Assembly (NCBI GenBank): GCA_964016885.1
Contig: OZ024743.1
Span: 195,548,001 to 195,612,000, forward strand
Source: Eledone cirrhosa
Lineage: Eukaryota
Direction of reading: 5' to 3'
Length of the DNA: 64,000 bases
The position numbers and the translations under genes are program-made. The notes under the pieces are model-generated. The model was not told the DNA's origin and did not search any database. It was given only the letters and a program-made list of their open reading frames with translations. Positions 1 through 17,246 of the stretch are shown in pieces. Each line of letters begins with the position of its first letter. Within the stretch, counting starts at the first letter, position 1.

Positions 1-69
1 ATGTTCATATATATATAGTAATAATAATAAATGTGAAGACTAAAATCTGCAGAGCGCTCAATAAGCATA

Positions 70-130
<61 letters not shown>

Positions 131-526
131 TATAAAAACCGTAGAGCAAATATTTATAAAAATAACTGATTAAGCAAAGAATCGCTGCTTTCACCCTTAA
201 CATTCTCCAGTCCCCTTCTGAGCAAGGAAGATGGAAAATAAACTTACTCCAACACTTAATTTTAAATCGTGAATATTTAATTTTTAATTCTTATTAGTTC
301 TTTTTAATTGTATTACTCAACATTTGATAAGAGGAATTTTAATAATACATCGAAACCGGTAATTCTTTACATACATTACAAAACTCGTTTTTAAAAGAAT
401 TGTCCCTTTCATGTTTTCAAGTATGTCATCTTTTCAATAATGTCACTTTTACGAATAAAAGAAAGGAAAAAAAAAAAAAGAAAAGCAGACCCTAAAATAT
501 ATTTTCCGTGCTACTTCCAACTTCAC

Positions 527-628
<102 letters not shown>

Positions 629-878
629 ATTAAATAAATGGAAACTATATTTATAAAACCATATTTATTTCATTATATATATTTCAGGGATATCATATTA
701 ACAATATGCTATGCCTTCCTCAGACAAAATACAATATAAACAGTTTTATAGTTTCCATTTATTTAATATTGTAAATAATGTTGTAAATATTGTAAATATA
801 CTCCAAATACTTGTCGAGTGCTTTTATATCAGTTATAAATATGTACTAGTTGTAACCCAACAATTTAAATATAACTTT

Positions 879-954
<76 letters not shown>

Positions 955-1433
955 CGATTTGTTGTGGAGGATTGGACAGACAGAACACTGGCATAATTTA
1001 TGTAGGACGAAAAATCTCATACATTTTTATACTAGCTGTACTAAAAAATATTAATGAACATTAGCCATCAAACACAGGATGCAGGCGTACCATGTACGCA
1101 ATAAAAAAAGCAATACTTCCGATCACATGAAACACTTCTACAATATTCACACAACGCATATTATAAAAGTAAAGATATAAGAAATGTAGAACTATGCACA
1201 AACAAACTGAGAGCACTCCCGGGCACTACATTCAGCAAAATCAAAGAACAACATATTTGTAGAGACAATACATTAAAGTAATCTTCCTATATGTAATTAT
1301 GTCAACGAAAGTTTAGAAAAATGTGATTTTTATAAATATATATAAAATTACGGCGAGTTTACAACGAAGTATTCTGCTGGCAGACGTTAATTGTCTGTGT
1401 GAATCATATTACTTTCATTATCTCCCCCGCCCC

Positions 1434-1849
<416 letters not shown>

Positions 1850-4019
1850 CTCATTCTATTTCTAGAGTAATCAGACAATTAAATTAGTTTCAATTTGTGA
1901 GTTTTCTTTTATTTATACTATATTTCGATCTGTATTTACTTAGAGTAAATGTTATTAGAGTAATATATAGACCTATATATAAGATAGCTAAAATCTCAAA
2001 ACTTTCGAATAAATATAATTAACCGTGTCTTTAGGTAAAATAACTTTACTTATATCCAGAGTACGAAAAGGTATAGTTCAATGTCATACTACTTCAAAAT
2101 ATTTTGTTAGATGCCTGAATTTTCTTGGTTTAAATCCATTAAAGGCGGTCTCAGCTTGGTATCCCTCTAAAGTTAATAAAATAAGCAATTTTATTTACGA
2201 GGCTCAAATCAGCAAACTGTAGCATTTATCCTTTGAAAGTTGACGTTCAATTGAAACATTTATTTAAACGCGTAAATGAATGTGAACAAAGTGTTTATTA
2301 TTTACTTATATTCTTTACTTTTTTTAATTTTTTAATTTCGGATTTTCTTTTCACAATCTCAAGTTATGTGTTTTATGTATTTGTACGAAATTTAAGGTTC
2401 CCTGTAGATCAAGTTTTTAATTGGACCACACTTGAAATATATGGCGTACTGACTGATAGTTAATTCAGTAAAACCTCTTTTATTCAATGATAAGTGGATT
2501 TATGTACTAAACTAAATAAATAAAATAAATAAAATAATGACGTTGTTTAAAAAGAAAAAGGTGTGGTGCAAATACAAAACCGTTGGTTCAACTGTTGATA
2601 TAAACTATAAAATTACCGAACAGTTCTATTGGAAAGAGAAACGCCGGTATGTCTCCTTTTCAGGTAATTTATCCTTCAGACTGTGAAAAAAAAAAAACAT
2701 TTGTTCGAATGCTTCGTGTTGATCACATGGTGAGATACGCAATTAGTTACTTCTCAGTATCACATAATGTATCATGTGAGATTTGTCATTAAGTATTTCA
2801 ACCACCAGCCTAAATGTCAACTTTAATTCTTATGTTGATGTGTGTACAATACTATGTCAGCACGTATTCAGGCAATATCATACACACTCATATACGCACT
2901 CTTATTTACATATAGGTCACTCACCACATACGACTTCCTACCCACATTGTGAGACACACACACATAGTCCATGAAGCACCGAGGAAATAGTCATACCTTC
3001 ACATATAGTAGATGAATTCTTAAATACATGTATACATACATTCTTCTGTCTAGTAAGCTTGGCAAGTATGTTCTGTGTACTGTTATCAGACTTCACTTAA
3101 GAATTTCCTCATACGCCCTTCTTTGTAACGCCTTAATGTCGAACAATATAATGTTTCTCTCACAGTTTGCAACATACAGCGTTGCTTCATATGTTTTGCA
3201 TATGTATGTATTATGTATGTACGTATGTATGTTTCTATGAATGTGTGTATGTATGTATGTAATTGTGTGTGTGTGAACGTGCGTTGTGTATTGGTTAGAG
3301 TATTCATCTCACAATTATAAGGTCATTAAATTGATTCTCTGCTGGCCGTTATCTCCTTAAGCAAGACAATTTACTCCTCTTGGCTCCAGTGCTCTGAAAT
3401 GGCAAACATGAACTGTACTTGCAAGTTAATGGGTTAAATATGCCTCGTTGATTCTACTTGAGAACTACGTTAACGGTGCACGTGTCTGTGGAATGTTAAG
3501 TCACTAAGTTAATGCTACGAGCAGATTATTCCGCTGGTTGTATATAGAGCGAGCATCATTGTGTTGGATATCAATTCCATCATCATTCATCAACTACAAA
3601 CTCAATCCAGATGGTTTATGTCAGTTGACAAATGCAGTAAAATCAACGATGCTATTATCGATATAACAGTGCTTCTCAACTCTTTTTAACCCAGTGCTGT
3701 CCTAGCTCACAATCTACAACAGAACTGAGGAGTATGTTTTACGTTGCTACGAAGATTTGATGTATCAAATCTCTGTAACGATACAATGATAGTTGTCGAA
3801 ACCTTTATGCATCATATAATCAAAGCCACCGTTATCATTTGTCGTGCCAAAAGATGTGAATCATTCCTATTTTTGAACTAGATATGCCATTATAATTTAT
3901 TTCTAGAATGACAATTAGTAAAAGAAACTATCACTCTGGAGTGACAAATAGTTCAGTAATGCGCCAACTTCAATATTCAGTAAGCAGAAGAGAGGTAGGT
4001 AAAGAAAATAAACTCGCTA

Positions 4020-4416
4020 GCTTCAATTCGGTATTCGTGTAAGTTAAGCCGCTACTTTACCGAGTTGAAAGATCACAGAACCGATACTACGGGCATGTGG
4101 TTAGAATGTCTCAGGAAAGAATCGCTTGACAGATTTTACAGATGAAACCAACCGGCAAGAGACCCAAGGGTAGTCCCTGAGCAAGATGGTGGATTAACAT
4201 CCATGAGCTTGGCTGGTTATGCTTGGGGATCCAGCTGGATCTTTTGGAGAAGGTTGCTTCTGACAGGACCGCTGGAAGGAGTGTATGAGGACTCTGTCCC
4301 CACGGCCTTCTCGGGAAGAAGAAGAAGAAGAAGAAGAAGAAGAAGAAGAAGAAGAAGAAGAAGAAGAAGAAGAAGAAGAAGAAGAAGAAGAAGAAGAAGA
4401 AGAAGAAGAAGAAGAG
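4020..4416 (+). mobile_element. RTE-clade LINE 3' fragment ending in a (GAA)n tail
   Basis: Translates as ..GHVVRMSQERIA*QILQMKPTGKRPKGSP*ARW.., the typical RTE ORF2 C-terminus. It runs directly into about 33 GAA units (4317-4414) and is homologous to 35561-35836 on the minus strand. Confidence 0.8.
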
Positions 4417-5052
4417 TTACAATGAATTTCTATAGCGATCAAAAATCTCAGTGACATTCCATCGAATTTAATTTGACAGATTAAACCCAAGGTAAATTAA
4501 CAGAGCCACGTTTCTCTCTTGGTTTGATCCACATTCTATGCTCAAGTATTGAAGAAAGCATTCATCTTTTTTTTATAAGAACACAAAACTGCAGAAGATT
4601 TTTCTTTCCTACACCCGTGTTTTAGCTGACTAAAACATTACTGTTAATATTACTTCTGTTAGGTGTTGCATGTTAATTTAGAATTACAAGAAGATATAAG
4701 ATATAAAAAGTAAAATCTACTGATACTATTTTTTAGAGTCTCAAAAATAAAATTAGCAATAAACACAGTCTGAAGAACTTCGCACATCACAGACGCCAGA
4801 AAAGATTCAACTTTAGAGACACATCTGCATTAAAATTGTAATAAACAAAACAAATAAAAATAGCATATGCACATATACTTTCATACAGACAAAAACTTCA
4901 CAGAATTTTTGCTCTAAGTTAAATCAATTTATTTTGACAAAAATATAACTGTTTCTGTTTCATTCTATATACTTACTATACGTGCAACGCCGGGTAAACC
5001 TGTTACTATGCATATATTTACAGACACAGACACACGCACAGACACACACACA

Positions 5053-5178
<126 letters not shown>

Positions 5179-5632
5179 TTGGATGGATATATAGATGGAT
5201 AGATAAATAGATAGAGTGGGGAGTATATATTGAGATCAGCTCATTGGATTGTAGGTACTTCTGGTCTAAACCCCATTTAGTCCTCACGTGATAAAATGAT
5301 TTCCAAAACTCTATAGAACATCTTTAGCGTCAAAGGAACAGGAGTCGAGCAATAACGGATATCTTAAAGTATTGCAGAGTATAATCAAAGCAGATGTTAA
5401 AGATCAGGTTTACATAACTTTATGACGTCATACAGGTTTCCACAATGACCAGGTTCAGAATTTATTGGAATTATGTAACGATATGTTATTGAATTATCCG
5501 ATTTCTTATATTACAGGAGACTCCACTGTTAGTGTGCAGGGGGAAATTTAGCGTGTCATGGCTTAGCCATAATAAATGGATATTCAAACATTACTTTCGT
5601 CTTGAGTACTCATTTTCTATCCGATATATATA

Positions 5633-5707
<75 letters not shown>

Positions 5708-5875
5708 TTCAAGAGTAATCAATCTTAAAGAGAGAGATGGAGATAGGAGAGGAGAAGAGAGATTGGTGAATTAGTTAGAAGCCAAAAGTGTAAAGGCATG
5801 TGCTCAATGTGCAATATGCAGTGGAAGGCAGCTAGGTGGCTGGGTTCATGCAGAGGTTAGGCGCAGAGAGTTGGA

Positions 5876-6346
5876 AATATTCATTAGTTAAGCAAAACAA
5901 GACCACAAATTTCACAAGGAAGACATTATTTAAAGATTGTCAACATAGTTGTAGTTTAATGTAAGGGATGTAAATAATAATAATAATAATACTAATAAGG
6001 TCCGTTTACAATTGTTTCGCTACTCCATCTAATGTTTCTGGATCAAATGATTATAGATCATTATTGATCTGGTTCAGTTGAAGATAATTAACTTAGGAAA
6101 ACAATTGTAAACGGACATTATTAGTATTATTATTAGTATTATTATTCATCCTTACGGGGTCGATAAAATAAAGTACCAGTAATGCACTGGGTAATTGCTG
6201 GCCTTGTGCCTAAAGTAGAAACAATTATTAATATTATTATTATTATTATTTACATCCCTTACATTAATCTACAACTATGTTGACAAACTTTAAATAATGT
6301 CTTCCTTGTGAAATTTGTGGTCTTGTTTTGCTTAACTAATGAATAT
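5876..6346. repeat. Fold-back inverted repeat (probably PLE-derived) with a SINE fragment in the right arm
   Basis: 5876-6018 (attcattagttaagcaaaacaagacc..tttacaattgttt) is the reverse complement of 6099-6346, apart from an insert at about 6146-6222. Confidence 0.85.
6146..6222 (+). mobile_element. 5'-truncated octopus-type SINE
   Basis: catccttacggggtcgataaaataaagtaccagtaatgcactggg..gctggccttgtgcctaaagtagaaaca matches the SINE copies at 28883-29460 and 58217-58811. It sits in an (ATT)n tract. Confidence 0.85.
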
Positions 6347-6420
6347 ATATATATATACCCACTCTACTACTCTAAGTAGTGCGTTATGGTCCACCTGGTT
6401 CCTTACCACACTTTCTTTGT

Positions 6421-6452
<32 letters not shown>

Positions 6453-6830
6453 GGGGGGGGGGGGGGGGTGCAAGCGGTGAAAGGGTAACAGTCTGCCTTG
6501 AAGCAACATCGCAATTTCACAACAGAACTTAACAAAATTGGCACAGATAAGGAAATTCATAGCGGAACAGTTCTTAAATGAAGAAAATTCTTGATTGACC
6601 ACTATTTTGGAGTAAACTGGAAGGATCTTTCAACGCAGATGTTTATAGTTGAAGGTGAGTGCTCTGAGATACAACATTTTCATTTCCAGGAATAATTATA
6701 TTTTGACTGATTTATTCTTTTTCCGTCTCTAAGGGTCTTTACTATGTTATATTACCTGGTTTAAAGCAACTGACTGTAATTGTTGTTATTTTGTGCACTT
6801 GTAAATCCTATATCTCCCCTCTCTCTCTCT

Positions 6831-7014
<184 letters not shown>

Positions 7015-7150
7015 TATTTATTGTTGAGGGTCATATTGTTTAATATTGACAGAAATATATAATAAAGTGCACACTAACTGTTTGGTTTGGATTAGTTTTC
7101 GCTTCTCTTATACTTTATATCCCTATACTATGTTTAACATTCATTATACA

Positions 7151-9460
<2,310 letters not shown>

Positions 9461-9464
9461 TTTG

Positions 9465-9555
9465 CAACTACGAACATGACACTCTGGTATCTCTGGTTGT
9501 CGTAACATGAAGTGGCTTATCTATCTTATGTTTAGTCCTCTCTATGATATCCCAT
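9465..9555 (-). mobile_element. Second short fragment of the same Naiad-type PLE
   Basis: acgaacatgacactctggtatctctggttgtcgta..tatcttatgtttagtcct duplicates 7705-7790 with several substitutions. Confidence 0.8.
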
Positions 9556-9693
9556 GATAAACCGCTGAGGTAAAACAAAGTGTCCTCGGAAATGGTGCAC
9601 TAACTGCTGTGGAACTATTACTACCAAACTCATCCCATGGACTGAGTGCTCTACTACAGCAGATACAACCCACCAATGTTCTGCCAGTATACA

Positions 9694-9741
<48 letters not shown>

Positions 9742-9753
9742 TTAATATAGATG

Positions 9754-9804
9754 AGATTCTACAGGACTAGAACTGTTTCATTCATTAGAAATCATCAGGA
9801 ATCT
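9754..9804 (-). ncRNA. Type I hammerhead ribozyme (inverted copy)
   Basis: Exact reverse complement of 10525-10575. Confidence 0.75.
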
Positions 9805-10524
9805 GGGTATCAAAAAATAAATATGGTATTTATAGGTCTCTACAAGTGGTAGGAGAGGGTGGGGAGTGGGATGGGTGCAGGTCATTGGTTGATAGAAAAG
9901 GGAATTCATTAAAAGCTAATTCTACAAAGCTATAGTTAATTTTTATTTTTATTTATATTTATTTATGTTTTTAGAGTAACAAAGGCAGACAGAATTCTAT
10001 AAACAGGTTCCGGATGGCATACCATTCCTTGTCAATAAGTTTCTCTTAAGCTAACAGATGTCTATAAAATCAGTGGGGGGTCAGTCATGCTCGATAGAAT
10101 TAAAGAAAAGGGAGATTCTATAAAAGCTAAAGTCATTAAGGTTCTACTAAGTGACAGAATTCTCTAGACCTTTGTCACTTAGTAGAACCTTAATGACTTT
10201 AGCTTTTATAGAATCTCCCTTTTCTTTAATTCTATCGAGAATGACTGACCCCCCACTGATTTTATAGACATCTGTTAGCTTAAGAGAAACTTATTGACAA
10301 GGAATGGTATGCCATCCGGAACCTGTTTATAGAATTCTGTCTGCCTTTGTTACTCTAAAAACATAAATAAATATAAATAAAAATAAAAATTAACTATAGC
10401 TTTGTAGAATTAGCTTTTAATGAATTCCCTTTTCTATCAACCAATGACCTGCACCCATCCCACTCCCCACCCTCTCCTACCACTTGTAGAGACCTATAAA
10501 TACCATATTTATTTTTTGATACCC

Positions 10525-10575
10525 AGATTCCTGATGATTTCTAATGAATGAAACAGTTCTAGTCCTGTAGAATCT
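10525..10575 (+). ncRNA. Type I hammerhead ribozyme
   Basis: Stem I AGAUUC/GAAUCU, core CUGAUGA (10531-10537), weak stem II uUUC-UAAU-GAAu, GAAA (10550-10553), stem III ACAG/CUGU, GUA cleavage triplet. Confidence 0.75.
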
Positions 10576-10657
10576 CATCTATATTAAAACTGTTATACTC
10601 TGCTTTGTATTGAGTACCTTACTTACTGTGGTTACCTCCGATTCAACCCGGAATAAC

Positions 10658-10708
<51 letters not shown>

Positions 10709-10713
<5 letters not shown>

Positions 10714-11540
10714 ATACTTGGGGAGGGTCATATTTGTGTAATATTGCCAGAATTAATAACAGAACACACTCACTGTTTGGTTGGTTTTCGCTTCTCGCTG
10801 TCTTTTATATCTGTAATCTAGCTTACTCGGTCCTCAATGTTGCCATTGACTGACCGACGGTCAAAAATATTACAGATACAATATAGACATAAACACATAT
10901 ATATAGTTTACATAATTTACATAAATCTTTCGTTGCACATCTGCAACATCGTCAGTGGTGTTATATTTTCCTCCTGTTGTGTTGTATGTCTACGCCATTT
11001 TTTATTCAGTCTGTCTATATATTTATTTATTTATTTGCTTGTTTGTTTATTTTATTTTGTCTTCTTTGCGCATGCGTTTGCGTGTGTGTATAGTGTTATG
11101 TTTGCTGTGTGACTAGTGTGTATAGTGTTGTGTTTGCTGGGTGACTAGTGTGTATAGTGTTGTGTTTGCTGGGTGACTAGTGTGTGTTTATGTGCTTGTT
11201 GTTATTGTGCTTGTGTATGTATTTATGTATCTTATTTTATTTACTTATTTATACTTCTCTTAGGTCAGTGTTGTTTGTTTGGGTGTTGTTGCTATTCCAC
11301 TCATTCTTTCTGTTTAGCTTTGGTCTTCTAATTTGTATTTCACTGGCCTCTCTGATTTTCCTATCTTCTGGGTCATTTCTATGTTTAGATATTATTCTAA
11401 TTTCTATGTTGTCTATATTACCGTCATGTTGTTGTCTAGCATGTTCGTATAGTACTGACCCGTTTTTTCGTCCTTTTAGTTCCCCCCAGTGTTGGTCTAT
11501 CCTTTCACCTATGCTCCGAGCTGTCTCACCTATGTATATA
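10709..11540 (-). mobile_element. 3' end of Naiad-type PLE: GIY-YIG C-terminus, 3' UTR/pLTR and degenerate hammerhead
   Basis: ORF 11249-11584 reads [59 protein letters not shown]. An HHR core lies at 10918-10960. The terminal motif atgaccctccccaagtataacaa and (TA)n flanks are present. Confidence 0.9.
11083..11186. repeat. 32-bp minisatellite, about 3 copies
   Basis: gtgtgtatagtgttgtgtttgctgggtgacta repeated. Confidence 0.85.
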
Positions 11541-11621
11541 TATATGTGTATGTATATATATGTATATATGTATATATGTCTCACCTATATATATATATAT
11601 ATATGTATGTATATATATGTA

Positions 11622-11766
<145 letters not shown>

Positions 11767-11794
11767 AAGTATATATATTATATATATGTATATA

Positions 11795-11936
11795 TGTGTG
11801 ATGAAATAGCTTTGACAATATATAAAAATCCTTTTGGTTATCAAACCAACCAACCAACCGGAAAGTTATAATAAATTGAAGTGAAAACCAACAGATGCGT
11901 GTGTTTTTATTGGCAACATGACTCTCCTAGGTATAA

Positions 11937-11940
<4 letters not shown>
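11795..11940 (+). mobile_element. Short pLTR fragment of a related Naiad-type PLE
   Basis: Starts with an HHR 3' half (gaaatagctttgac) and ends catgactctcctaggtataacatt followed by (TA)n. Homologous to the minus strand of 37065-37190. Confidence 0.6.
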
Positions 11941-12014
<74 letters not shown>

Positions 12015-12914
12015 CATAGTACTGATTTTCTGTCCTCCCGACAATCGAACCATGGACACTTAGCACATAATTTACGAGCGATTTTGTGTGTGCTTATACG
12101 TGTGTTTTAATATGTTATGTAGATGGAATAACACAATCAAATAGCCTTAACCTGAGACATCTTGCCCAACAATGCAATATTCTGTGATATGGCATCGTTA
12201 TATGAAAAGGAAATCTCTCTACATATTGTTACATTGAATACAGAAATTGCTTCTTTCTAACAGGCATTTCATGTAGTTACTGATACACGCAATATATTCT
12301 ATTTTCCTCTTACAGAAACAAGAAACTGTGTCGCAATGGTTCAATGGCCCACAAATTTACATGATAATATATTCCGTAAATGGATACGGCATTCTATGAA
12401 ACAATGTATCAACCAGAAATTCCCCCTAACTAATTACAAAATGACTTTATTAAACAAACAATAATTGAACTGGGTTTTAATGTACTGACATAGGAACCAG
12501 TAACTTATGATATATTTTCGTTTGCAGCAGGTGGATTAAATAACTGGATTTATATTCAAAGACAAAATAAAATGGACGTTTACTGATAGTTTAAAATATA
12601 CATTTTACGAATATAATTTCATGTAAAAATTATGAAAATAATTTAATACAAGAATAGAATAAATTTCATATTTACCAGACTAATTGTTTTTGAAATTTTT
12701 ATTATTATCATTATTATTTAAATTTGTTTCACTTTTATTCCGTATTTTCCTTATTTCTAATATATTCGAGTTTATTCTATTTATATTTATTTGAATTTTA
12801 TGTACATATTATTCTTATTTCATAAATATATTTTTCGCAATATATATATATTGTTTACTATGGATTATATGTATTATGATTCTTTAGTTTTATCTATCTA
12901 TCTATCTATATATC

Positions 12915-13040
<126 letters not shown>

Positions 13041-13675
13041 TGCGTGTGTGTGTGTGAGTGCGTGTGTGTGTGTGTGTGTTAGTCATTATTAAATATCAAC
13101 ATTTTTTTTTTTCGTATTATGTGAACTTTTATACTATGATATGCATCCTGTTGGTACTTGAGGCTCTATTATTCTATTTCATGCATATTCTCCCTCAATA
13201 TGATGTTATTATTTGTTAGTATTGCATGAGTTTTATCTGTTTTATGTTATATATATATATTTTAAATATATATATATATATATATACATACATAATTAAA
13301 TACACATATATATAGTACATAGAGTATATATGGATACAACATGTATACATCCTATGGTCACGTAATAAGTATGTAACATGAATTTTATGCTAAATATTTT
13401 ATCATATATTTTATTTAATAGTATATACTTTATTCTAGATAAAGTAAAGTGGTATTTTATAGATAGATTAACATAAAGTAACTGAAATGAAAAACAAACA
13501 TATTCAATATAGATAATCACACAATATCATTAAAAAACTTTGACATTATATAAAATCTATTGAGCAGTATCTAATAAAAACAACACACTCTATTAAATGG
13601 AAAGAAGAAGAAAAAAGCATGAAGCAATGAAAGTGAGGGAAAGCGTTCTGCGGACAAAATAACAAAGGTGTTACC

Positions 13676-14206
<531 letters not shown>

Positions 14207-14214
14207 GTATATAT

Positions 14215-14881
14215 ACGGGATGAATTTGTTTTGCAAGGTTTTTTATATGAAATCGTGTGTCAAAGCAAATATTGTTATACTTGGTGAGGGTCATATTGTT
14301 GTAATAATAATGGGGTATACATCACAATACTATAGGAGGGAACATAATATTACCACTGATGATGTTGCAGATGTGCAACGAAAGAACTTTCATAGACTAT
14401 ATATATATATTTAAATCTGTATTTTTAACCGTTGGTCAATCAATGATAAACATTGGTTGCCAAATAGATTAACTATGGAGATATAAAAGATACGTGAGCG
14501 AAAACCAACCAAACAGTGAGTGTGTTCTGTTATTATTTCTGGCAAATCATTACAATAATATGACCCTCCACAACTATAACAGTATATATATATACATATA
14601 TATATATATACCCGTCAAACATGCCTGGTTTTACAACTGGTTTTACATCTGACGATGTTGCAGAGGTGCAACGAAAGAACTTTGATAAACTATATATATG
14701 TGTTTGTGTCTATATTGTATCTGTATTTTTGACCGTTAGTCAGTCAGTGGCAACATTGAGGACCGAATAAATTAAATTAACCGATATAAAAGACACAGAA
14801 GCAAAAACCAACCAAACAGTGAGTGTGTTCTGTTATTAATTCTGGCAATATTATTACACAAATATGACCCTCCCCAAGTAT

Positions 14882-14886
<5 letters not shown>
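14215..14886 (+). mobile_element. Cluster of Naiad-type pLTR copies: inverted stub (14215-14305) and two tandem copies (about 14335-14582 and 14640-14886), each with a hammerhead core
   Basis: Reverse-complement homology to 10709-10975. CUGAUGA/CUGACGA + GUUGCA-4nt-UGCAAC + GAAA occurs at 14356-14383 and 14649-14676. Confidence 0.8.
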
Positions 14887-14926
<40 letters not shown>

Positions 14927-15015
14927 TAAACGGAATAGAAAATGCTGCCAAATTGTTCACAGTGAAAAATAGTTTAATTAGGAATAAGTGAGAATTAGTA
15001 ATTGTATTGGTTAGT

Positions 15016-15214
15016 GTTACCTAGAGAAGGGCCAGAGACACGCACCGAAACAGATACCCTTACTCCTGGACCTCCCTCTTCAATCGGGCTGCCATCTTTC
15101 CGACTTTGCGGAGGACATCAGCAGCGTCGGAATCAAAGCCGTTAGATATATCGACGGACACCGGTGTAAAGTGGTAGAGGTCGCTCAGGCCCCGGTATAT
15201 GACTATATTTCTCT

Positions 15215-15218
<4 letters not shown>
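15016..15218 (-). mobile_element. CRE fragment, near-identical duplicate of 13670-13873
   Basis: Direct repeat of gttacc..agagaagg..tatttctctcctt. Confidence 0.85.
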
Positions 15219-15294
<76 letters not shown>

Positions 15295-15585
15295 ATTTAT
15301 ATATATACCCGACAAACTTGCCGGGTTTTACAACAGAAAAATATTTAATTTAATACATCCTTGATTACAACATCCTATAGAAATATACTAGAAGATTCAA
15401 TGTTTCTTTATCTACTCCTACTTGTCATTTTAGACATCACCATATTTTAAATCATAAAAATAAAAAATTCTATATTTAAAAAGAAAAATTATCAAACATG
15501 TATACAACAAGTTTATTCTTATAGATAGGTAGGTAGATAGGTAGGTAGGTAGGTATGTATGTAGGTAGGTAGGTAGGTAGGTAGG

Positions 15586-16144
15586 TAAATTTCTTTATTA
15601 GCCACAAACGAAGGGGACAAATACAAATGGGGAGTTTACATATAAGTATATGAAAATAAAACTATTAATAAAACAACAAATAACAATTGAAATCCCCAAT
15701 AGGGGAGAGGTGTTACACAGTGGTTGTACACACCCCGAAAAAATGTACAACTCTCAGCTCCAAGAGCACCAAGAGTGAGTACTCCCTTTCTCTCTTCCTC
15801 TTTTTCCTCAACCTACAGGCTTATATAGAGAAAAGGCCCAACCACTCGGGCCATCTTTTCCACATTCACCCACCTTTTATAAAATTTGCTGGGGTACAGC
15901 ACCTCTCTCTTCATCATGATTCTTCTTCCAAAATGATATTTGAAAAAACAAAATCAGTTGCTCGCCGGAGAGAAAAGTGTCTGACCTCAGCCCTTTTAAC
16001 CTCGTCCACCATATAACCTCTTTCACGAATCGTAAACTTGTTGACACTTTTCGCCCCCGTCACTCGGACCCAGCTAACAGCTTTGGCTCCCTCGTTTCCC
16101 AGAGCACGTATTTTGCTCCTGACAACGCAGCCTTCGTGCTTTGC
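15586..16144 (-). mobile_element. Tx1/L1-like LINE remnant (internally deleted) between (TAGG)n and (GATA)n tracts
   Basis: The minus strand reads AKHEGCVVRSKIRALGNEGAKAVSWVR, then KEVIWWTRLKGLRSDTFLSGEQLI. AATAAA lies just before the microsatellite. Confidence 0.6.
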
Positions 16145-16373
16145 AGATAGATAGATAGATTCATTGATTGATTGATTGATTCTGATAAATAGACAGATAA
16201 TATATGTATAGATAGATAATAGATTGATAGAAATTGTCTGTAAATAGATAGATATATATGTAGGTAGCTATAGTTAACTGCCGCATAACTACTGACCATA
16301 TTGTCCACACTGTGTGTGAAAGACAGAGAAAGAGCGAATGAGAGAGACAGGAGGAGGGAGAGAGAGGGGAGTG

Positions 16374-16405
<32 letters not shown>

Positions 16406-17153
16406 TCAAATTATATTTTCAAAACAAATCTACCACAAAGTGGTTAAGTGGCACTTGAATTTTATCATGAACTGTACTGCGCTGGCGTTGCGGTAATACG
16501 CATATATAATTATGTAATCATGTAATTACACACCTGTATTAACATTTATTCGTATAACGATACTTTCCCGTGTCATACACGATATCAAGTTCATGGTCGA
16601 TATATACTAACGATCTAGAAGATTTAATGCTATTTACATCAAATTCATTCATTAAGATGAAGCAAACACAAATAAATAAACAAATAAAGACAAGTATATG
16701 CATATAAAATGTATGTATAATATGTATGTATAATATATATGTATAATATATGTCCATGGTACAGTAAATGTTGGCACAGTAAGTACACATGTTATTATCA
16801 TTTCGCAATTCCTGAATAGATTCTTTCAAGGAATCGGAAATGTGGAGCAACGATGCTTGCAAGGAACAAAGGAGACGGGGGTATATATGGATGAATAATA
16901 TAAACATCTATTTCACTCTGCGAATAAAATCACTTTAAATTTTTCTGTGTATTCAATTTACTACATATCTACACTAACATTACGTATGAAGATATTGTCA
17001 TGCTTAACAGCAACAAACAGTAATATACTCATACATTCATAAATGTGACTCTATATACCAGGCCAAATTACGTTTCTCTACTTGTATATTTGTATTTATC
17101 TGCCTGTATTTTTATATTACATGCACATATGCAAGTAATCCTACACACACACA

Positions 17154-17246
<93 letters not shown>

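Larger units (their letters stand above)
9738..10658 (+). mobile_element. PLE-type terminal repeat preceded by its inverted copy (419-bp-arm palindrome) between (TA)n tracts
   Basis: 9738-10156 is the reverse complement of 10173-10591 (one mismatch seen), with a 16-nt spacer. A 67-nt unique tail follows before (TA)n. Each arm holds a hammerhead. Confidence 0.85.

Noticed and set aside
320-365. gaaaccggta HHR-like motif
   Set aside because: The 5' core and stems are not supportable.
11083-11186. 32-bp repeats resembling a CRISPR array
   Set aside because: Contiguous repeats with no spacers, in a eukaryotic context.
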